Below are positions 37,719-44,225 of a stretch of DNA of 44,225 nucleotides, piece by piece. A program made the translations under genes and the position numbers. This DNA is from an uncultured Campylobacterales bacterium. Lineage in GTDB: Bacteria; Campylobacterota; Campylobacteria; Campylobacterales; Hydrogenimonadaceae. Where the stretch lies: the NCBI GenBank assembly GCA_964582435.1, contig CAZORY010000001.1:1-44225 (forward strand). The letters are read 5' to 3'. Position 1 is the stretch's first letter; every line of letters starts with the position of its first letter. The notes under the pieces are model-generated. The model saw nothing but the letters and a program-made list of their open reading frames with translations. It was not told the origin of the DNA and did not search any database.

Positions 37719-40700
37719 ATGAGAAAATCGATGCTTCTGTGGCTTTTGATAATGTTTTTTACACCTTTCGTCATGGCTGATGACGGCTATCCACAAGCCG
37801 CTACTTTCGTCCAAGGCGGCTTTTGTAAAACTTTTTCCGAAAAGAGCAGTGACTATCTGACGATGGAAGGCCGTGACGTCTACGGCATGGTCTGGCGTGT
37901 CAAGAAATGCGGATCGCCGAAGATCGAGGATATCGCCTCCCTCCTGGCCCGTCTGAATGCCAAAATCACGAAAAAATCGGGAACGATTTTGCATGGATAT
38001 TGGCAAGAAAAGGAGAAGGTTTACCATTTTAAGATCGACATCGATGACGAAGAGGCGATGAAGATCGTCGAACAACGGTTCGTAGATGTGGATTCTCCCA
38101 TCTCTTTGACGCTGCCTAGGGATGGTTCGCCGCGATATTTTTACGTGAAAATACCGACCCGAAGCTACGTGTCGGCATCGGTTCGACTCGATCGTAACGA
38201 TACCTCGATCTCGATGGAGTTGAACGGTGAGAGGATCGAGGGCGAATATCGTGAAAAGATCGACTACGCCAGGAAAATTTCGGGACAAGAAGGGGTCAAT
38301 CATCTCTATGGTCTGCCGCTTGTGGATGGGGCTTTACGTTGCAGCGTGAGAAACGACTATACGGCCAACGATGTGAAAATGACGATGGCGTTGAACGTCG
38401 AAGGTCGATTGATACCTATCGACAAAGGGCCTCGTACTGGGGGGATCGTCTTGAAAAACGTACCCTACGGGATGGCCAAAGCCATACCTGAAAACGGTAT
38501 GGAGTATATGCTGAAAAATCTGAAACCCGAAGCAACGAACGGTGATTTGACACCCAATGGCGATATCGTCTTTTGGCTTCCTGCCGGATTTTGGAGATTG
38601 CAAGTCTCTCCTTTCGACGATCGTCAAATCGATGCGGGAATCACCCGTGTCGCGGCCCGAATGATACCTGTCTATTCTGGCTACCTGACGGAAGTGAAAT
38701 GGCCGGCCGCGATGAATGCGATCTTCGAAACGGATGACGACGTTCAACTGAAGATTCTCAAACAAGGGACGAAAGCGAAGGGCAGTTATGTCGATTTCAC
38801 TCTCTTGAACTTTCCGCAAACATCCAAGCCTCCTCGACTCGACGAGCTTTCGGTCGTGGCAGGCGGCATCGAGGGCCAACCGCTCGAGGTTCGACGTTTG
38901 CGGACACCGTTGCATATCGTCGTACTGCTCGACTCTTCCGGTTCGATGAAACGGACGATGAAAAAAGCCCTCGATGCGACCTCCAAATTCCTCAAAACAT
39001 TGCCGAAAAAGAGTGTCGTCTATCTGGTGGATTTCGATACGCGTCCCAAGCTCGTCGCCAAAGGAAGGCCGTCGAAAGTGGCGCAATCGTTGAAAAAGAT
39101 CCGAGCCAACGGTGCCACGGCCCTTTACGACGCGTTGGACAAAGGCATCGACCTGTTGCACGGTGCCGATCGTCCCGCCATCGTGCTTTTTACGGACGGT
39201 AAAGATGCCAACTACAACGATACGGGCCCGGGTAGCAAGACGACGGAAAAAGAGATTTTCAATCGCGTCAAAGGGATCGATATTCCGATCTTCACCATAG
39301 GATTCGGGAAAAAACCCGACAGCGTAACGCTCGAAAGATTGTCGTCGCTCACCGGTGGGGCGTTTTATAGCGCCGAAGACTCCGAGGCATTGAAAAAAGT
39401 TTTTGAAAAAATCGAGAAAAACCTAGGCCATCAGTGGCGTTTGACCTATAAAAAACCCAAACGAGGGATGGCGGGAGATCGACCCGTTCTGGCACTTTTG
39501 GTGGACAACAGCGGCTCGATGGAAGGCAAAATGGAGAAGGTACGAAAGATTCTACACGACTTCATCCAAACATTGCCGAAAAATTTCTCGATTCAGATGA
39601 TGACGTTCAGTGACCATGTGCGTATCGAGCAGGTCTTGACCGACGATAGAGAGAGTGTCGTGCGTGCATTGTCGTCGATGAAACCGCTCTCCGGTACGGA
39701 AATCATCGCCTCTTTGCGTTCGGCTTACAAACTTCTTCACGATACACCTTCGAAAAACCGCTATCTCGTCTATATCACCGACGAGGCGATGGCGGTGGAC
39801 GATGATAACAAAGAGGCGTTGGAGAGGATTCTCAAATCCCTCGGCGACGATGGTGTCAAAACCTTGATCGTCGGTATGGTCGCCCGCAAAGATGCCAAAG
39901 TTTTCGAAGAGGCCGCGGCTATGGCGAATGGCCAATCGGTCGTCTCCACCGATCCAAGCGATTGGGAAAAGGCGCTGACCGAACTTTCCAAGAAGGTCGG
40001 CCGCGCCCCGGTCCAAAAGGGTCATACGCTACGCGTGACATGGAAATCGACCGACCGGTATGGACGTCGTTCGCTCCATTCGGATGCGATTTTCGTCGAA
40101 GAAACTCTACCTATCGATCATTCGATCAACGTCGATCCCGAATCTTTGAGGTGGAAAAAAGCGGAAAGAATCAAGCCGTACGACGGTGTGCTGAGCCGTT
40201 TCATCACGGGCGACGACATCGTCGGCCGTCAGGCGCAGGTGATCAAGCGCATCCCTTTGCATGTCACAGCCTCCAATAAAGCGGTGAAAATCACGATCGA
40301 AGAGGCGGTATTTCTCTCCAAACTCAAAGGCGTCGAGCCCTCCAACGGTCGCTATCTGGCATTGCGCCTCAAGATGAAAAATATCCTCAAACCCCAGAAA
40401 GTGGTCGTCTATCCCGACGGATCTTCCCATCCCGCCGCATGGGTGGGCGGTGGCATGGAGAAAAACGCCAGAGTGGTCAAGAAAATTCCCGATTACCTGA
40501 TACCCGATGCGAGGCTACATCTCTTTCTTTCGTGGAATAACCAACGCTTTCTTCCTCTCTCGGACGCCTCCTATCTTGCCAATCTGCCCCTGGTACTGCC
40601 CAGTGACGACGCCATCTACATCACACCTCGCAAAACGGTGGAGGGGACGCTGATCTTCGAGGTACCCGACGAATTTATGACCCAAAGCGCTTTGCATCTA

Positions 40701-43700
40701 TACGATACCGCCTACGGGCACATCGACCTACCCATCAGCGGTGTGATGAAGGTACGCAAAGAGCGGATCGTCCGACTTCCCAAGCGTGTGGAGGGAAAAC
40801 TCTCCGATACGTTTTCGCTGAAAGCCGACGGGATGGTGGATCGCGACAAGGTGGACGAAGTGGAGGCGGAATCGGGCAATCTCTTCCGCCAGGTCGATCT
40901 GACCTTTATCTCGAAGGTCCAGGCGCATCTTTTCATCGATCCTTATCGGCGTTTCAGACTCTTCGTCGAAACCCCCGAGGGGCCTTTTTATTTTTCGATG
41001 CACCCGTTGACCCGTCGAATCCCTCTGGGATTTTACAAACCGACGATTCTCACACCCGGATCTTTCAACAAACTGCGAGTACTTTTCGAAATCCCCAAAG
41101 CGTTGGCGGACTATCCGTGCGCATTGGTCGTCGATCTCAAAGGCGACGACGTCGTACTGCCCCTCAAACGTTCGAAATCTCGAAAAACGCATCCGCCTCT
41201 TGCCCAAGGCGAAGGGGAGGGAGCTTCCGTCAAAGTGTACGGCCTTTATCGTTATGAGGATCATATCGTAGCCGACGTGGCGATCGAAGACGTGCGAGAC
41301 GATGTCTCGACGGTCATAGGCGATTTTCTATCGCTCGACGCGACGAAGGCGGCGAAAAAACGGTTCGCCAAAAGAGATATCGCATTGAAAAAGGGGATCG
41401 AGAGATCCAAAGGTCTGGCAAGTTTCGGACACAATGTCATCAAAAGCGTCGAAGGGGATGTACTACCCGTGAAGCAGGGGTATTTGACGGAACTCTACGG
41501 CGATACCCTCGTACTCAACGGTCATGCACGCAGAGGCTTCGTCTTTTTCGACTTGCCGCCACAGACGAAGCCTCGAGATTTCAAGCTCACTTCCACGATC
41601 TTCAAAGGATTGAACCTCTCGTTGGAGGATAAATTGCCGCCATTTCCCTATGAAGCTTGGCTCACGAGACATACGGAATACACTCCCGACGATAGTGCCA
41701 AGGAAGCGTTGGATGAAGCGATCGCCAAAATGACAAGAATCCGTGAAGCCGAGGGCTTCGTCAAACCAGGAAGCATAGAGATCGCCGCTGTCACCCTCGA
41801 TGGCAAGGTCAAAGGAATTCCCAGAAAACCACCTTCGCTGCTTGTCGGCGGGGCCGATCGGTGGAAAAAGATCCGAACCCTATCCGATCTTGCGAAATCG
41901 GTCAAGAGATTGCGCCTCTACTCTTCCAATGCCCGAGCATGGGAAGTGGCCTACGCACCTGAAGCCGTATGGACCCAAGGATGGACGACGGAGAACGAGT
42001 TGGCGGTGATGGCCGAGAAGATTTTGGCCAAACAAGGGATCGAGACCCATCGCAAAACGGTCGTATTGAACGATCGGGGCAAGGCGGAGGCCCGGAAAGT
42101 TTTCGCCAATGAAAAGGTCGACATTTCGGAACTACCGGCCATCGCCTATCGCGACGAGAAGGGTCGGCGCCATCTGCTCGTGATGCCGCTTTTCAAAGAG
42201 GCCGAGGATTGGAAGGGCTTCATCGATCGTATCGAAGAGGGGAGCCAAAAGGATCTGACCCTCTCGATCGAGGTGGAGATCGTCGCCAAAGCGCTCGCAT
42301 CGGGCCAGATGGAGGCGAGTCGAGAAGTCACCGACGCACTTGCCGGCAGCGACGAGGAGAATTTGAAGAGCTTGACGCTGTTGAGTACCAAGTATACGCT
42401 CGCGCAACTGAGCACCGGCCCCATAGCTTTAGGATTCACTCAAAAACAGGATCTGCAAAAAGGGCTGATCATCCAAGCGGTTTGCGACTCTCCCAAAGGT
42501 AGGGAGATCGGCGAGGAGGTTCTCGAACTCAAACGCTACGAGCCCCTGCAGATCAAGATCTATTTCCATACGCCGAGCGACGACTATCTGCTGGTGCGGG
42601 ATATGGCGAAAAAGGAGTGGCCGACGGAGTCGTTTTTCGTCATGGGTCTCAATGTGCCGGACCTGACCAAAGAGACTCTTCGAAAAGCGGATGCGATCTG
42701 GAGACAAAAGTACGAAAAGTCGAAAAATCCCGATACACTCTCTAGGCTCAAATGGCTTGGAAGCGGGATCGTGGCGCGATTCGTAGGAGCTCAGAGTCCA
42801 TACGAACGAGAACTGGCCAAGAAGCTGCATACTACGATCCTTCGCGTCAAAACCCCCAGAATTTTGGTGGCAGGTTTCAGGCTGGATAGAGAGAGCGGAA
42901 TGCTCGATACGACGCTGGACCTGGTGCAGCCCTATCCCGAGATTCGCGCCGACGAAAAGACCGCCAAGCGTTTCGATACGATGGCAGGATTTTACTACAC
43001 CGACTTGGAAGCCAAAGCGGTCCCAAACGGCGTCAATGCGATGGCGCTACTGGCGGCATTGCCCAAAGATACGAAATTGTTGCCGATACTGCCTGAACAA
43101 AATAGCGAAGTGGCGGAAGTGTTGAAGCGATCGGGATATCCGAGATTCGTCTACGAGCATATCGCCAAAAGTGAAAATTTCCTACTCTTTCCCCAAAAAC
43201 CTTTGCAAATTTCGGATAAAGGCTTTAGGACGGCGTGGTTGGAGATCGAGCCGGAGAGTGGCAAAGTCTGGTCCTATCTAGATAGCGGAGAACGGGGCGT
43301 GGTTGAAAGCCAAATCGGCGAGGCCTTGGCCAGTACGCTCGATTATATGATGGGTTTTTGGCGCGGCGTGCAAAACGCCGTATGGGCGACGGCGGGCTTT
43401 TCCCTGCAGTTGACCGATTGGAAGACGATCAAGCGGTGCGCCCACGGATTCGCCAGACGGCTTGGCAACTATCTGGAAGCGGCCACCCAGCCTCAAGAGA
43501 CGCTCAAGCCTACCATGGATAAGGCCCAGGCCGCCATCTCCCACGATGTCGCCGGAACGATCGGCCTCTCCGACATGGACTATGGGTGTATGGATGCCAA
43601 GAAGCTGGCCAAACTGGTCCAAGATCATGCCGATAGCAAAGCCTGGGGCAAAGATGATTTCAAGGAGATTCTAGACGGTAGCAAATCCCTAGAAGAGATC

Positions 43701-43787
43701 GTGCAAAAAGGGTGGGGCAAAGCGAAAGAGAAGTACCTAGGATTTGCCAACGGCTACAAAGATGGAGTGGATTGGTATTTCAAGTAA
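37719..43787 (+). CDS. Large secreted protein (~2022 aa) with two vWA domains
   Basis: GGGAGG RBS, signal peptide; MIDAS LLDSSGSM...TALYDA...FTDG and LVDNSGSM...ITDE. Confidence 0.88.
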   Translation: MRKSMLLWLLIMFFTPFVMADDGYPQAATFVQGGFCKTFSEKSSDYLTMEGRDVYGMVWRVKKCGSPKIEDIASLLARLNAKITKKSGTILHGYWQEKEKVYHFKIDIDDEEAMKIVEQRFVDVDSPISLTLPRDGSPRYFYVKIPTRSYVSASVRLDRNDTSISMELNGERIEGEYREKIDYARKISGQEGVNHLYGLPLVDGALRCSVRNDYTANDVKMTMALNVEGRLIPIDKGPRTGGIVLKNVPYGMAKAIPENGMEYMLKNLKPEATNGDLTPNGDIVFWLPAGFWRLQVSPFDDRQIDAGITRVAARMIPVYSGYLTEVKWPAAMNAIFETDDDVQLKILKQGTKAKGSYVDFTLLNFPQTSKPPRLDELSVVAGGIEGQPLEVRRLRTPLHIVVLLDSSGSMKRTMKKALDATSKFLKTLPKKSVVYLVDFDTRPKLVAKGRPSKVAQSLKKIRANGATALYDALDKGIDLLHGADRPAIVLFTDGKDANYNDTGPGSKTTEKEIFNRVKGIDIPIFTIGFGKKPDSVTLERLSSLTGGAFYSAEDSEALKKVFEKIEKNLGHQWRLTYKKPKRGMAGDRPVLALLVDNSGSMEGKMEKVRKILHDFIQTLPKNFSIQMMTFSDHVRIEQVLTDDRESVVRALSSMKPLSGTEIIASLRSAYKLLHDTPSKNRYLVYITDEAMAVDDDNKEALERILKSLGDDGVKTLIVGMVARKDAKVFEEAAAMANGQSVVSTDPSDWEKALTELSKKVGRAPVQKGHTLRVTWKSTDRYGRRSLHSDAIFVEETLPIDHSINVDPESLRWKKAERIKPYDGVLSRFITGDDIVGRQAQVIKRIPLHVTASNKAVKITIEEAVFLSKLKGVEPSNGRYLALRLKMKNILKPQKVVVYPDGSSHPAAWVGGGMEKNARVVKKIPDYLIPDARLHLFLSWNNQRFLPLSDASYLANLPLVLPSDDAIYITPRKTVEGTLIFEVPDEFMTQSALHLYDTAYGHIDLPISGVMKVRKERIVRLPKRVEGKLSDTFSLKADGMVDRDKVDEVEAESGNLFRQVDLTFISKVQAHLFIDPYRRFRLFVETPEGPFYFSMHPLTRRIPLGFYKPTILTPGSFNKLRVLFEIPKALADYPCALVVDLKGDDVVLPLKRSKSRKTHPPLAQGEGEGASVKVYGLYRYEDHIVADVAIEDVRDDVSTVIGDFLSLDATKAAKKRFAKRDIALKKGIERSKGLASFGHNVIKSVEGDVLPVKQGYLTELYGDTLVLNGHARRGFVFFDLPPQTKPRDFKLTSTIFKGLNLSLEDKLPPFPYEAWLTRHTEYTPDDSAKEALDEAIAKMTRIREAEGFVKPGSIEIAAVTLDGKVKGIPRKPPSLLVGGADRWKKIRTLSDLAKSVKRLRLYSSNARAWEVAYAPEAVWTQGWTTENELAVMAEKILAKQGIETHRKTVVLNDRGKAEARKVFANEKVDISELPAIAYRDEKGRRHLLVMPLFKEAEDWKGFIDRIEEGSQKDLTLSIEVEIVAKALASGQMEASREVTDALAGSDEENLKSLTLLSTKYTLAQLSTGPIALGFTQKQDLQKGLIIQAVCDSPKGREIGEEVLELKRYEPLQIKIYFHTPSDDYLLVRDMAKKEWPTESFFVMGLNVPDLTKETLRKADAIWRQKYEKSKNPDTLSRLKWLGSGIVARFVGAQSPYERELAKKLHTTILRVKTPRILVAGFRLDRESGMLDTTLDLVQPYPEIRADEKTAKRFDTMAGFYYTDLEAKAVPNGVNAMALLAALPKDTKLLPILPEQNSEVAEVLKRSGYPRFVYEHIAKSENFLLFPQKPLQISDKGFRTAWLEIEPESGKVWSYLDSGERGVVESQIGEALASTLDYMMGFWRGVQNAVWATAGFSLQLTDWKTIKRCAHGFARRLGNYLEAATQPQETLKPTMDKAQAAISHDVAGTIGLSDMDYGCMDAKKLAKLVQDHADSKAWGKDDFKEILDGSKSLEEIVQKGWGKAKEKYLGFANGYKDGVDWYFK

Positions 43788-43798
43788 AATGATTTCGA

Positions 43799-44225
43799 TC
43801 ACATATCCAGAGGGCTTTGGATGGTTCGCGGGCTCAACTCTCTGACGATATGGGTATTGATCATCGTCGTGGATATATCCTTGTGTTCCAGTAGCCCTTG
43901 GATCGTGCGGATATCCACGTCTACTTGAAGAAGATGGGTGGCGCAGGAGTGGCGAAAGGTGTGGGCCGATACTTTCTTGGGGATCTTCGCTTTTTGTGCG
44001 GCGACTTTGATGTTGCGCCCGAATGTCCCTGGCAAAATATGAAAACGGATGATTTTTCCGCTTCTTGGATCTTGGGAACGTTTTTTCATCGGAAAAAGGT
44101 ACTGCCAGGCCAGCTCTTTGTTGGCGTTCGGGTATTTGCGCTCCAATCCGTGAGGTAGATCGACATAGCCGAAGCCTTCGCTCAGATCCTGATCGTGGAG
44201 TTTTTCGACATGTTTGATTTGAAGG
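43799..44225 (-). pseudogene. intI: Integron integrase (IntI), 3' part, probably catalytically dead; 5' part outside the window
   Basis: Frame open to the window edge: HDQDLSEGFGYVDLPHGLERKYP (IntI-specific patch), WQYLFP, DPRSG, HTFRHS.ATHLL, DIRTIQ; catalytic Tyr is Asn (TTMINTH). Confidence 0.88.

Noticed and set aside
38137-38152. parS-like ATTTTTACGTGAAAAT inside the vWA gene
   Set aside because: Only 11/16 match to TGTTTCACGTGAAACA, single copy, within coding sequence.
4971-41725. At least nine GCGATCGC octamers (4971, 6557, 8144, 12609, 14100, 18449, 23133, 33792, 41718), like cyanobacterial HIP1
   Set aside because: All nine encode Ala-Ile-Ala in frame (GCG ATC GCN), so codon usage explains them; a codon-aware Markov test would be needed to claim enrichment.
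43788-43798. vWA gene as an integron cassette with an attC site
   Set aside because: Only 11 bp separate the convergent stops, no RYYYAAC...GTTRRRY structure is present, and it lies at the 3' side of intI.

Overview
Chromosomal window from a Campylobacterota bacterium of roughly 50% GC (by eye). Gene order (radA-ftsY-tlpA / 5-FTHF cyclo-ligase-rny, cmoB-hotdog, lpxK...thrC, fliL-acpS) is typical of that phylum; a Hydrogenimonas/Nitratiruptor-like thermophile is my inference. The window opens in the 3' part of the RNase P RNA and is mostly housekeeping genes. Main points of interest: (1) a translationally coupled operon glmS-glmE-glmL plus an adenylate-forming enzyme, i.e. a B12 glutamate mutase with no methylaspartate ammonia-lyase, resembling biosynthetic 3-methylaspartate supply, where the ligase has degenerate catalytic motifs; (2) an accessory right end with an orphan HTH-ParA/ParB pair, a DUF505-like protein with about 8 winged-helix-like repeats, a ~2020-aa secreted double-vWA protein and an integron integrase whose catalytic Tyr is replaced by Asn; (3) smaller oddities: two paralogous ~100-aa unknown proteins, FtsY with a C-terminal extension, a DegT-like protein with a displaced PLP lysine, a probable non-ATG start for the HI0933-family gene, and HlyD/TolC genes without an inner-membrane partner. 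All family calls come from motif recognition by eye; no searches were run.
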